From positions 14,373-78,372 of the forward strand of contig CAWGYT010000010.1 of NCBI GenBank assembly GCA_963826795.1: a DNA stretch of 64,000 bases, given 5' to 3'. This DNA comes from an uncultured Planctomycetales bacterium (GTDB taxonomy: Bacteria > Planctomycetota > Planctomycetia > Pirellulales > Pirellulaceae). Positions 54,395 through 64,000 of this stretch are shown piece after piece (the first letter of the stretch is position 1; each line of letters opens with the position of its first letter). The notes under the pieces are model-generated. The model was not told the DNA's origin. It searched no databases and saw nothing but the letters and a program-made list of their open reading frames with translations. A program made the position numbers and the translations under genes.

Positions 54395-56810
54395 TTGAGA
54401 ATTTGTGTCGTGATGATGTTGGGAATGCTGTTCGCGACAACCACCTGGGGCCAGGACGGGCGTTACGATCAGCTGGCACCGGACGAATTCATGCGACATT
54501 GGTGGGTCCTGGGTCCCATCACTCCGACGGCGTCTGAGGCTGAGCCCGTGCCGGATGGCGAAACCGTCAGCGAAGATGGATCGGCCGCGAATCGGGACGC
54601 CACGCGTGCGTGGTTCGAGCAGGATTTTCTCGCGACCGTCGGGGGCGAGGTCAAATTCGTTCCGGGCGGCGCCGAGACGGTCCGTTGGGACGATCGGGAG
54701 TTCGCCTGGAAGACGATCGAGTCGACCGAGGACGTCGTGGATCTCGGAGAGCACTTATCCAGCGAACCCTCCAGCGCGGCCTACGCCGCCGCCCTGGTCG
54801 AGGCCAGCGAGGCGCAATCGTTCCTGATCGGATTGGGCAGCGACGACGGGGTCCGAGTTTGGCTGAATGGCGAATTGGTGCACGACCATTGGGTTAGCCG
54901 CCCCGTCGTCCGCGATCAGGATCTGATTGAGGTGACGCTGCCGAAGGGACCCAATCGGCTGCTGCTCAAGATTTTCAACCAAACAGCGGACTGGGGCTTC
55001 GCATGTCGGCGACTATCGCCCCAAAGTCAGGTGGATCGAATGATTCGCGCCGCCGGGGAGGGCGCGGTTGCGGAGTTGAAAACGCTGCTGGCGGCGAAAA
55101 CCGACGTCAACGGAATGAATCAGGATGGAATGAGTCCCTGGTTGGCAGCAGCGATTCATGGCCATCGAAGCACCGCACGGCTGTTGGAAGAACAAGGGGC
55201 TCGGCCCATTACCGAGTTCGATCCGGCCGCCACGATCCGATCCATCGTTGGGCGAGAGGCTTCCGCAACGCGACCAGGCGTGGCGATTCTTGTGGCACGC
55301 GATGACACGATTTTGTTCGAGGAAGGATTCGGGATGGCCAGCCTCGAACATGACGTCCCGATTTCGCCCCACACCAAATTTCGAATCGGTTCCGTGACCA
55401 AGCAGTTCACCGCGGCCGCGATTCTCAAGCTGCAAGAGGCGGGGCAACTGAGCACCGACGACCGACTGGACAAGTTCTTCCCGGACTTTCCTCGGGGCGA
55501 TGAAGTGACCCTCGCCCAGTTGTTGACGCACACGTCAGGCATCCACAGCTACACCTCCCATCCAAACTTCCTGGAGACCGCCGCGTCCGCGATCACACCG
55601 CACGACGTGATCGCCTCATTTCAAGATGATCCGTTCGACTTCCCTCCGGGCACGAGCTGGGCGTACAGCAATTCGGGTTACTTCCTGCTCGGCGAAATTG
55701 TCGCGAAGGTTTCCGGAAAGTCGTACGCTGAGTTTCTAGAGACGACCTTCTTCGATCCCTTGGGCATGTCCGATACGGGCGTCCATACGCCCCAGGCGGT
55801 GTTGAAGCACGAAGCAACCGGCTACGCCTTCAACGCGGGCGAAGTGACGAAAGCACTTAACTGGGACATGTCGCATGCAGGCGGGGCCGGTGCGTTGTAC
55901 TCGACCGTCCGCGATTTGCTCCGCTGGAATCGCGCCGTGTTCGGGGGGAAGGTGCTGAGCGAAGCGTCGCTCGCCGCCGCCTGGACTCCGGTTGCATTGC
56001 CCGAGGGAACCAGCGCGCCGATGCCTTACGGTTTCGGCTGGGTGATGGATGACCACCGAAAGCTGAAACGGATCAGCCATTCGGGAGGTCTCCACGGCTT
56101 CCTCAGCCAGTTGTCGTACTATCCGGATCAGACTACGTCGGTGATTGTCCTGCACAACGCATCACCGCCCGTTCCGGAAATGGTAACGTCCGCGTTAGCA
56201 GACGAAATCGCCGAGTTGTACCTCTGGCAGGACATGGCGCCGCGCAGCGAGGCCTTGGCAAGCGACCAGCTTGATCGCAGCCTGTGGGATCAGTTCCCTG
56301 GCCAGTACGACTACCAATCCGCGATTCTGAACGTGACGCGCGATGGTGAACGATGGTTCGCACAGCTGACCGGACAGCCACGATTCGAGATCTTTCCGGC
56401 GAGCTCTACACGATTCTTCTGGAAGGTCGTCGACGCTCAAGTCGAGTTCCTGCCGAACGAACAAGGGCAGGTGACCGCGGTCCAGCACACGCAAGGCGGT
56501 CGCAGTTTTCGAGCGGAGAAGATAAAGCCAGTTCAGGAAATCAAGGTCGCGACCGAACTGCTCGACCGCTACACCGGCGAGTATACCTATCCCGGCATCG
56601 GAGTCCTCAAAGTCAGGCGACAGGATGGACGGCTGCTGGCGCAAATGTCCGGCCAACCTGAATTCGAGATCTATCCGAAATCGGAAACCGACTTTTTCTG
56701 GAAGGTCGTGCGCGCACGAAATCAGCTTCTCGGTCGACGACCAGGGAACCGTCACCAAGGCCACGCATCGTCAAGGCGGCCAAACGATCGAGGTCGAAAA
56801 GACAAAATAG
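54395..56810 (+). CDS. beta-lactamase-fold serine hydrolase with N-terminal domain, an ankyrin-like segment and C-terminal DUF3471-like repeats; frame change near 56720
   Basis: Probable TTG start giving the signal peptide (M)RICVVMMLGMLFATTTWGQ. SVTKQFTAAAIL is the SxxK motif. YSNSGY is also present. Three repeats of type (F/Y)xGxYxY..(G/I)..V.......L.AQ.(T/S)GQP.FEI(F/Y)P.S...FFWKVV. The last repeat is completed in ORF 56625..56810 (EISFSVDDQGTVTKATHRQGGQTIEVEKTK). Confidence 0.65.
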
Positions 56811-56830
56811 TTCCGCCGGGTCTCCGCCAA

Positions 56831-57817
56831 CTAAAGCAGCCATTGCGGTTTCAGAATCATGATCGCGCCCAGCGACGCGATCGTCGCGCCGCTGATCAAC
56901 TTCAGCCAGCGTCCCTCGTGTTCCTGCAGCTTTCGCTTGCTCAGCGTGATCACGACCAGCCCCACCATCAGCGTATCGTCGAACATGTAGGCCGCGTTGT
57001 AGAGCAGCAGATAGGCATAATTCTGCCAAGCGGGCAATTGCCTCATCGTCAGAATCTCTGTGTACAACGCCGGCAAACCGGCCGTGCACAAGAGCTCGAC
57101 GACATTCACCAGGAACGCCAAGACCGTCGCCGCAATCATCGCCCCCACCAGGTTTTCAGCCAAGACGATCCGACGCGTCCGTGCGTAGATGCCCGGCTTC
57201 GCCGCTTCGGGGATTGAAAGGCTGATGCCGCGATGAAACGCGAAGAAGTCCTTTATGTGCACGCTGCCCACGACGAGTGCCAGGACACCGAGGCCAATTT
57301 GAATCGGCCTGAGATAACCGACGAACAGGAACACATTCAGCCACGCCGCCATGAAGGCAAAGTAGGCCAGGCCACTGACAAAAATGAACGTCCCGGCAAT
57401 GGCCACAATCCGCACGCGATCCTTGAGGTTGACTAGCAGCGAGAGCAGAAACAGCAGGACCCACATCGCGCAGGGATTGAAACCATCGACCAGTCCGATG
57501 GCCAAGGTAACGGCCGGTAGACTCAGTCGACGCAGGTCCAGCCGGCCAAAGATGGGAAGATCGAGCGATTCCAATTCAGGTTCGCCGCTCGGCGGTCCGG
57601 GCACACCGGGAGGCTCGTACACGGCCGCCGGCAAACCCTCCTCGTCCACCGGCAGCGGCTCGGGAGGCAGCGGCTCGGGAGGCAACGGCAGCGCGAATGG
57701 CTCCGCCTCGGGTGGCGATTCCGTCCGCGGACCGACCTCGGGCGACCCGTCGATCGGGGGGGGCTCCGATTGAATTTGTGCGCTGAGCAAGGGCGGTCCG
57801 CCCGACCCGATCCACAC
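56831..57817 (-). CDS. CcdA/DsbD-like transmembrane protein (cytochrome c biogenesis transmembrane-region family) with Pro-rich N-terminus
   Basis: LAIGLVDGFNPCAMWVLLFLL and a further 5-6 TM helices. The TM motif has a single Cys only. Confidence 0.5.
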   Translation of the reverse strand: MWIGSGGPPLLSAQIQSEPPPIDGSPEVGPRTESPPEAEPFALPLPPEPLPPEPLPVDEEGLPAAVYEPPGVPGPPSGEPELESLDLPIFGRLDLRRLSLPAVTLAIGLVDGFNPCAMWVLLFLLSLLVNLKDRVRIVAIAGTFIFVSGLAYFAFMAAWLNVFLFVGYLRPIQIGLGVLALVVGSVHIKDFFAFHRGISLSIPEAAKPGIYARTRRIVLAENLVGAMIAATVLAFLVNVVELLCTAGLPALYTEILTMRQLPAWQNYAYLLLYNAAYMFDDTLMVGLVVITLSKRKLQEHEGRWLKLISGATIASLGAIMILKPQWLL

Positions 57818-57902
57818 GGCCAGGGCAGCGGCCGAACGACGAGCGGCGGCCGCCCAGGCGACTGATCGTCGATCGTCCGATTGACCGGTCCGCAGACCGC
57901 CG

Positions 57903-58650
57903 TCACGACGGGATTGGTTCGTCGTCGGGGCAGGGCAGGGGATCGTCCAAAGCTGCAGCGCCCCATCCAGCCGCTGCCGTGTCAGGGACTCGCTGGTAAA
58001 GCCGACAATCAGACGATTGCAGAGGTGAAAGACAGGGACGCTCAGCCGCCTGCGTGCGATGTAGTCTGATCAGCCGCTGCATTTCCGTGAGGGAAGAGGC
58101 GTCCGCGGCCACGTCGCGGTAGACCAATTCCAAGCCGGGGTAATGCTTCACGAAATTCGGCAAGAAGGCCTTGGCCGACGCGCAGCGTGGACAACCCGTG
58201 CGGACGAAGACTTCCAATCGAAGCGCGGCTTCCAGCTGAACCGCGAATTCTTCCTTGCGTTCCAGCCCCGAGATCACGCGATTGCAGACGTAAACGAGGG
58301 GCGTTGTCCGCGACGCGTCGCGATAGTGGCCGACGACGCGGTCGAAGCGAGCTCGATTTTCCGCGCTCGCCGAGATATCTCGGCGGGCAATCACGAGCCC
58401 ACCTCGTGTCGCGCGGAGTTGCTCGACTTGCTCCGCCACCTCGCGGCCGAGCACCTCGTCCCCCTGCACATAGACTTCGACAATCACACAACGAGTCGAG
58501 CCCTTCGCCGGGCGGCGATCCTGCTGGCCCCAGAGATCGCTTGCCGCGCCGAGGCAGAATCCAGTCAGGACGATCCCCACGCAAATCCCAGGTCGACTCA
58601 CCCCCCAAGCTTTCGCTTCGCGGCCGAGTCTCAAGAAATGAATGTTCATC
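57903..58650 (-). CDS. thioredoxin/glutaredoxin-like protein (two thioredoxin-fold halves, CPRC active site)
   Basis: Start MNIHFLRLG plus signal anchor. VFVRTGCPRCASAKAFL. Directly upstream of the CcdA-like gene on the same strand. Confidence 0.5.
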
Positions 58651-59039
58651 GCATGATGCTCCTTGAAAGAGCGAGATCCCGGCAGGAAGGCCTCCTTCTC
58701 GAACCGGCAGCGCGCAAGCCGATAGCTAGACGGCAAGCCGCGTGCCGATCGATGAAAGCCGTCGACACTCCTCCAAAAACGGCAACAACGCAGCCAAAAA
58801 CGGGCGATTTCGCACGGTATTGTCCGGAACGCGATCGCCCTCACCTTGTCAACCCACCCCAAATCCGCCGGCCGCACACCACGACACCCGCACGATGTCT
58901 GTTGCCTCACGTTACGAAATCGCTACAATCCCCGACACTCGCCGGGCGGCTCGCCGCCGCCAGGCCGCGGCACGGATCGACGTGGCGTGCCTGGAGTGGG
59001 CATTCGTAACGTTCTGAGCACCTGAGGGAGACAGAGATC

Positions 59040-59621
59040 ATGCAAGCTTTTCGATCGCGGTCGAGGCAAGTTGTCGCCGGCCTGCTACTGCTCGGGCTGG
59101 TTGCGACGAGGGTCGATTCGGCCGAGTTCGTACTGGAGCCGGCACATACTTCCGTTGTCTTCGCGATTAATCATTTGGGGTACAGCTACACGTACGGTCG
59201 CTTTAACAAGGTAGGCGGCCAGCTTCGGTTCGAGAGCGACAGCCCGTCCGCGGCGGAATTCGCAATTGATATTGATCCGAGTTCAGTGGACACGAACGAC
59301 GCCAAACGAGACGAGCACCTGAGGGGAGCGGACTTTTTCAACGTGCGACAGTTCCCCAGCATGCAGTTTCGCAGCACGGCCGTCCGTACGACGCCGGAAG
59401 GCCTGCAACTGACCGGTAACTTCACAATGCATGGCGTCACCAAACAGATCACAATCCCGTTGAAAATGCTGGGGGAAGGAAAGGGACCTTACGGAAAGGA
59501 TCGGATCGGCTTCTTGAGTCAGTTCTCACTCAAACGCAGCGACTTCGGGATGAACAACATGCTGGGCCCCATCGGCGATGATGTCTCGGTGCTGATGAGC
59601 TTCGAGGGCATCAAGCAATAG
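59040..59621 (+). CDS. YceI-family periplasmic protein
   Basis: Signal peptide. FVLEPAHTSVVFAINHLGYSYTYGRFNKVGGQLRFE...FFNVRQFPSMQFRSTAV...LTGNFTMHGVTKQI is the canonical YceI pattern. Confidence 0.75.
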   Translation: MQAFRSRSRQVVAGLLLLGLVATRVDSAEFVLEPAHTSVVFAINHLGYSYTYGRFNKVGGQLRFESDSPSAAEFAIDIDPSSVDTNDAKRDEHLRGADFFNVRQFPSMQFRSTAVRTTPEGLQLTGNFTMHGVTKQITIPLKMLGEGKGPYGKDRIGFLSQFSLKRSDFGMNNMLGPIGDDVSVLMSFEGIKQ

Positions 59622-59625
59622 CCGC

Positions 59626-60612
59626 ATGTTGGATCCACTCGAACTGCTGCTCGGAGTGGGCGGCGCGGCACTGGTGGCATTCGCTGCCGATCGTTTTCTG
59701 CGGTGGCTGTCGGAGGCGAAGCACTCGAGCGACCTGAGCGCCGCCCTTGGATACATCGCGGGGCACTTCTTGTTAGCGGTCCGCTCCGAAACCGCGGCGC
59801 AGGTTGCCTTGGGACATTCCGCCGGTTCGTCCTGGACGCGGGGACTGTCCGCGGCGCTGCGCCAGCTGACCCGGCCACACGTGGCGCATGACTGGATTCC
59901 GCTGCTACTGATCGCGGGAATCGTCTTGGCACTTGTTCTGCCCAGGAGTCATTCCGCCGCCGCGTCTGCGTCCATTCGACTTCGCGACAGGGCCGGTCCG
60001 ACGCTGTGGCTGATACTCGCGCTGCTCGTCCCGCTGCGGCTACTGTGGGGCAGCATTTACCTACCGCACGACAGCTGGACCTGGGCTCACCTCGCCGGAT
60101 ACGCCGCTCTGGGAATTCCGCTCTGGCTTCCCACTCTCGTCGACCGCTCGCCGGTTGGACATTCCCAGCGTGAGGCTCGAATACAAACTGGCGTGCTGGG
60201 AATTGTGCTTGTCGCCGAGGCCATCACGCTTTTTTGCACCGGCAGCAAGGTCTATGGCATGTTGGGCTTGACCGCAGCCGGTGCCATCTCGGCAAGCAAG
60301 CTGGTCGGGGCGTTTCCAAGCCAGCGTCGGGAGGATACGGCCGCTCCGCACCTGTGTTTGATGCTCTGCGGCGCGCTGCTGATGCTTGGCTACTTCTTCG
60401 CAGAGCTTCCTGCCTTGAGCGGCGTGTTGCTCTTCGCGGCCATCGCGTCCACACTCGTCGGCAACTGGGCGCGTGCGTCAGCTCGCCAATCCGTTTTGAC
60501 TTGGGGCTTGGCTGGACTGCTGGCCCTGGGCGTCATGGGACATGCGACTTGGAAATTCGCGGCCGCGGTTTCGGGACCCGCCGCCAATCCGTACGAGTCA
60601 TTCGAGCCATGA
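59626..60612 (+). CDS. hypothetical polytopic membrane protein
   Basis: 328 aa, about 8 hydrophobic segments. Starts 5 bp after the yceI-like stop. Confidence 0.45.
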   Translation: MLDPLELLLGVGGAALVAFAADRFLRWLSEAKHSSDLSAALGYIAGHFLLAVRSETAAQVALGHSAGSSWTRGLSAALRQLTRPHVAHDWIPLLLIAGIVLALVLPRSHSAAASASIRLRDRAGPTLWLILALLVPLRLLWGSIYLPHDSWTWAHLAGYAALGIPLWLPTLVDRSPVGHSQREARIQTGVLGIVLVAEAITLFCTGSKVYGMLGLTAAGAISASKLVGAFPSQRREDTAAPHLCLMLCGALLMLGYFFAELPALSGVLLFAAIASTLVGNWARASARQSVLTWGLAGLLALGVMGHATWKFAAAVSGPAANPYESFEP

Positions 60613-60708
60613 GACGAGGCCCGCTGTCGAGCTTCGTGCGCCTGTCGGGCGTCGTGCGAGAAGTCGAAGCCTGACGATCGGCGACCGCCCCCCTGTGATG
60701 CGGCACCG

Positions 60709-61181
60709 TCAAGGCTTGCGGGTTGTCCTGGCCGCCAAGCGTCTGACGAGCTGCAGTCCCAATAGACCGACCCACATCAACGCCTCCGCAAAGTACAGCA
60801 AGACGACCGTCGTAAAACCGCACACGAACAAGGCGAAGCCAATCAGGACGACCCAAGCCATAAGCGGCACCTTGGGATCGTTCAAGACTCCCCCCAACAG
60901 ATAACGTGCCGCCGTCAGGTAGATGGACAAGGGAACCACGACCAGCATGAGAGTCGCAATTGAGAATCGCGATCCCTGGCGGTGATTCTCGAGAGCCTTG
61001 ACTCCGAACACCGTCAGGACTCCCATGATCACCGTGGCGGCCAACGCGACACAGCACACACAGAGCCAAAGCGGCGCTTCCGTCACGAGGCACAAGACAT
61101 GGCTCACGTAGAACAGGTACAGCGGCACGAGGATCAGTGAAACCAATCTCACCGTTCGACTTGCCTTGATCGAGTCTGGCA
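60709..61181 (-). CDS. hypothetical membrane protein
   Basis: Internal start MPDSIKASRTVRLVSLILVPLYLF. About 4 TM segments. Confidence 0.35.
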
Positions 61182-61300
61182 TACTGAGCACCTGATCAAC
61201 CTGAGGAATGGCCTCGATGGCGGGGCACGGAGACGGGCCTGACGGGTCACGTAGGACTCCGCGGCAGCCTGACCCCGGCATCGGCTGCACAATCGATGGT

Positions 61301-61588
61301 TTAAAGCGGCGAATCTGTCCGAAAACGACGAGACAAGAACGCCACGAGCGACCCCAGTCGACGTGCCAATCCAGGTAGTTGTCGACGGAAGAGCACCAGC
61401 AGGGGCACCAGGATCACCGCCAGCAGGACGAAACTCTGCGCCATTTTCAGCAGGTACGCGGCCGTGACCACGCCGAGCAGGACGGTCTGAGCTCCCACGA
61501 TCCAGGACAGATTGTCGATCTTCCGCTCGAGCGTCCGCAAGCGAATCTCAACGGGGTCCCGGATCGACTTCGATTTTACCTCATTCAT
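61301..61588 (-). CDS. hypothetical small membrane protein
   Basis: Start MNEVKSKSIRDPVEIRLRTLERKIDNLSWIVGAQTVLLGVV. Two TM segments. Confidence 0.3.
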   Translation of the reverse strand: MNEVKSKSIRDPVEIRLRTLERKIDNLSWIVGAQTVLLGVVTAAYLLKMAQSFVLLAVILVPLLVLFRRQLPGLARRLGSLVAFLSRRFRTDSPL

Positions 61589-61640
61589 GATCGGCCTCGC
61601 CGAGCGTCTGCGGGGATCCCTTCCAGGGACATCTCGCGTT

Positions 61641-62500
61641 TCATAGGACCGCTTGCAGCACCGCGTCGCGGAGTGCTGGCAGACAACCCGCATAGAAGTG
61701 ATTCGCGTGCGGCACGACAGTCACGCGCGGGGGATGGTTTGGCCACGCGGCGGACGCAATTTCGTCCACGATTCCGGCAAACGCGGATCCTCCCTTGAGC
61801 AGCTCGTCGCCTCCATAAATAAAACTCACCGGCGCCGTCACGCGATCTGCCAACTTGAGAAAATTGTAACGTTCCTCAGGCCCGTACTTATCCAAAAACG
61901 TGGCGGCGGCCAAGACGAGCGGGAAGGGAAAGGTGGACTGAAAGAGCATCTTGGGTTGCCCGGCCGCAATCCAATGCTCCGCCGTTTCCAGCGAAGCTCG
62001 AAAGTCAGCTGCCGCCTCGCCGCGCACAAAGCGGGAATAGGCAAGACGAGGCGGGGAGATGGTGACCAAACGCGTGACCTGCGGTTGCGGTTGATGGGCC
62101 TGGGCATACAGAATCTTGATTGCCCCCAGACTATGCCCCAGCAAGCCGATCCGAGAAACGCCGCGTTCCACGAGATAGTCGACCCAGGCCGCCACATCCA
62201 ATCGGCACTCATCAACCTGCTCGTAAGCGGCACCCTGCAATTTCCCGCCCGAGTCGGTCGCGGCCGTGCTGACTCCGTCGTGGCCTCGCGTATTGACGCG
62301 CAGCGCGCCCATGCCGTGCTCCAACAAGGCGTCACACACGGACTCCATCATCGTCGACCCATAAAAATTGCTGCCGACTCCGTGCACGCAGACGACGGCC
62401 TCCACTGAATCGGCCGCGCGAGATTTTTCGGCCGGTAGCTGATAGACGCCATCCAGCCGCAGACCGTCCGCCGTCCTCGTCTTGACCAGCTCCACTTGCA
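61641..62500 (-). CDS. alpha/beta hydrolase
   Basis: Probable TTG start at 62500, preceded by a gggagga RBS. VVCVHGVGSNFYGS and the nucleophile elbow GHSLGAIK. Confidence 0.6.
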
Positions 62501-62850
62501 AGACCCGTCCTCCCCGATCCACGTTTCGGCCCGCGGCGTCTCTGCTTGCCGACTGCTTCCGGCCGCGAAAGGCGGCTCCAAAAGCCCTCACTGCAACGCA
62601 CCCAGCATAGCCCACTCGGTGCGACTCCGAACAGCCCCGCCTGCCGCGAATCGACGACCGCGCGCCACGTCGGGCCAGCACGTCGCCGCACGGCAGGCGG
62701 TCGCACCCCGAAGTGCGTCGGTTGCTGGCAAACCCGAGCTGGTTTCTAATGGCAACTCGTCCGGTCGTCGCCAAGGCCTCCACCGCAATCCCAATCGACC
62801 CCACGACCGGCTCGGCCTGAGCGGTCGGCAGCCGCCCAGGAACCCTTCGC

Positions 62851-64000
62851 GTGACGCTCGCGATTGACCGCATCGACTTGCTGGTCCTGACGGTGTATCT
62901 CGCCGGCGTGGCGTGGTTGGGGATTCGTGTCGGACGTGGCACGAAGGATCTCGCAGGCTACCTGCTGGGCGATCGCCACCTGCCGTGGTGGGCCATTTTG
63001 GGCTCGATCGTCGCCACGGAAACCAGCACCGCGACCTTCCTTAGCGTACCCGGGTTGGCCTACGCTCGGCAGGGAGACATGCGATTCTTGCAGCTGTCGT
63101 TCGGTTATCTGATCGGCCGGACACTGATCGTCTTCCTGTTGCTGCCTTTGTATTTTCAAGGCGAGATCTTTACGGCCTACGAAGTACTGGCAAAACGCTT
63201 TGGCGGCGCAACGAAGCGCACCGCCTCGCTGATCTTTCTCGTGACCCGCAATCTGAGCGACGGGCTGCGGTTGTTTTTGACCGCGATCGTGCTGGAGCAG
63301 GTCGCGAGTATTCCGCTTCCCACCTGCATCGTGGTGTTGGGCTTGATCACGATGGCTTACACGCTCTTGGGCGGGATGAAAGCGGTCGTCTGGAATGACT
63401 GCATCCAGTTCGTCGTCTATATGCTGGGCGGTTTGATCGCCGCCTGGGTGATCTTGCGTGGGTTGCCGGGTGGGTGGCAAGCGTACCTGGACTTCGGCCG
63501 GCAAACGGGACGTTTTCGCCTGTTCGATTTTTCCTGGTCCCTGCCTGATCCGTACACCTTCTGGGCGGCGGTTGTCGGGGGCATGTTCCTGACACTCGGC
63601 ACACACGGGACGGACCAGATGATGGTGCAGCGGTACCTGTCGGCCCGCTCGCAAGCCGACGCCGCCAAGGCTCTGGTGGCGAGCGGTTTCGTCGTGCTTG
63701 CGCAATTCGGTCTATTCCTGTTGCTCGGCGTTGGCTTGGCGGCGTTCTACAATGCGCATCCGCCCAGCGTCCCGTTCGAGCGAAACGACCGCGTGTTTGC
63801 GACCTTCATTGTGGAAGAGCTCCCCGCAGGCCAGGGACTGATTGGCATCGTTCTGGCGGCCGTGTTCGCCGCCGCGATGTCGACCTTGTCCAGTTCGATC
63901 AATTCCTCGGCGGCCGCTGCGGTCAATGACATCTATCTGCCGCTATTCGGCGCGAAGCAACCCAGCGGCAACCATCAACTACGTGTCACGCGCGGCCTGA
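62851..64000 (+). CDS. sodium:solute symporter (SSS family) transporter, partial; runs off the 3' end of the window
   Basis: Not in the ORF track because there is no stop inside the window. By manual translation, the frame is open from GTG 62851 to position 64000. It encodes consecutive TM helices (LLVLTVYLAGVAWLGI..., WWAILGSIVATETSTATFLSVPGLAY..., GMKAVVWNDCIQFVVYMLGG...). Confidence 0.6.
   Translation, partial: MTLAIDRIDLLVLTVYLAGVAWLGIRVGRGTKDLAGYLLGDRHLPWWAILGSIVATETSTATFLSVPGLAYARQGDMRFLQLSFGYLIGRTLIVFLLLPLYFQGEIFTAYEVLAKRFGGATKRTASLIFLVTRNLSDGLRLFLTAIVLEQVASIPLPTCIVVLGLITMAYTLLGGMKAVVWNDCIQFVVYMLGGLIAAWVILRGLPGGWQAYLDFGRQTGRFRLFDFSWSLPDPYTFWAAVVGGMFLTLGTHGTDQMMVQRYLSARSQADAAKALVASGFVVLAQFGLFLLLGVGLAAFYNAHPPSVPFERNDRVFATFIVEELPAGQGLIGIVLAAVFAAAMSTLSSSINSSAAAAVNDIYLPLFGAKQPSGNHQLRVTRGL

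Noticed and set aside
58143-59009. 288-aa plus-strand ORF.
   Set aside because: It lies antisense to the thioredoxin-like gene, which has a CPRC active site. It has Arg-rich, low-complexity composition.

Overview
This 64-kb window is GC-rich (about 63-65%) and looks like chromosomal DNA from a member of the Planctomycetota. The evidence is indirect but consistent. There are two DUF1501 / PSCyt-DUF1549-DUF1553 gene pairs, several dockerin-like plus PEP-CTERM proteins, the N-terminal 'LExLExRxLL' motif, an ECF sigma factor next to a Ser/Thr-kinase-WD40 fusion, and an LTD-CotH protein. Coding density is high on both strands.

Main contents, in order:
- a RelE/ParE-type toxin-antitoxin pair (3343-3899), followed by a lower-GC block of three uncharacterised ORFs (4435-7094);
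- a family of three giant adhesin-like proteins plus one short paralogue, all sharing a C-terminal module I cannot name (7655-11890 minus strand, 14163-16955, 20678-24970, 24967-26118);
- an ECF sigma factor co-transcribed with a zinc-finger/kinase/WD40 protein (17586-20659);
- a Gly/Met-rich tandem-repeat secreted protein (29331-30735), followed by a 135-bp palindrome;
- an NfeD-flotillin operon, then a five-gene minus-strand array of PSCyt/DUF1549/DUF1553, DUF1501 and a PPC-domain secreted protein (34713-45030);
- an LTD-CotH-LTD-dockerin protein and two paralogous PEP-CTERM proteins;
- housekeeping-type genes: 6-phosphofructokinase, a lactonase-like beta-propeller, hemolysin-III, YceI, a CcdA-like protein with a thioredoxin-like partner, and alpha/beta hydrolases;
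- a sodium:solute symporter that runs off the 3' edge and is therefore missing from the ORF track.

At least a dozen otherwise conserved genes are broken by single-nucleotide frame changes. The most likely cause is indel errors in the assembly, so I report these as full-length genes with a frameshift note rather than as true pseudogenes.

I found no rRNA, tRNA, CRISPR array, transposase or integrase. Most long ORFs antisense to the genes listed are GC-driven artefacts.
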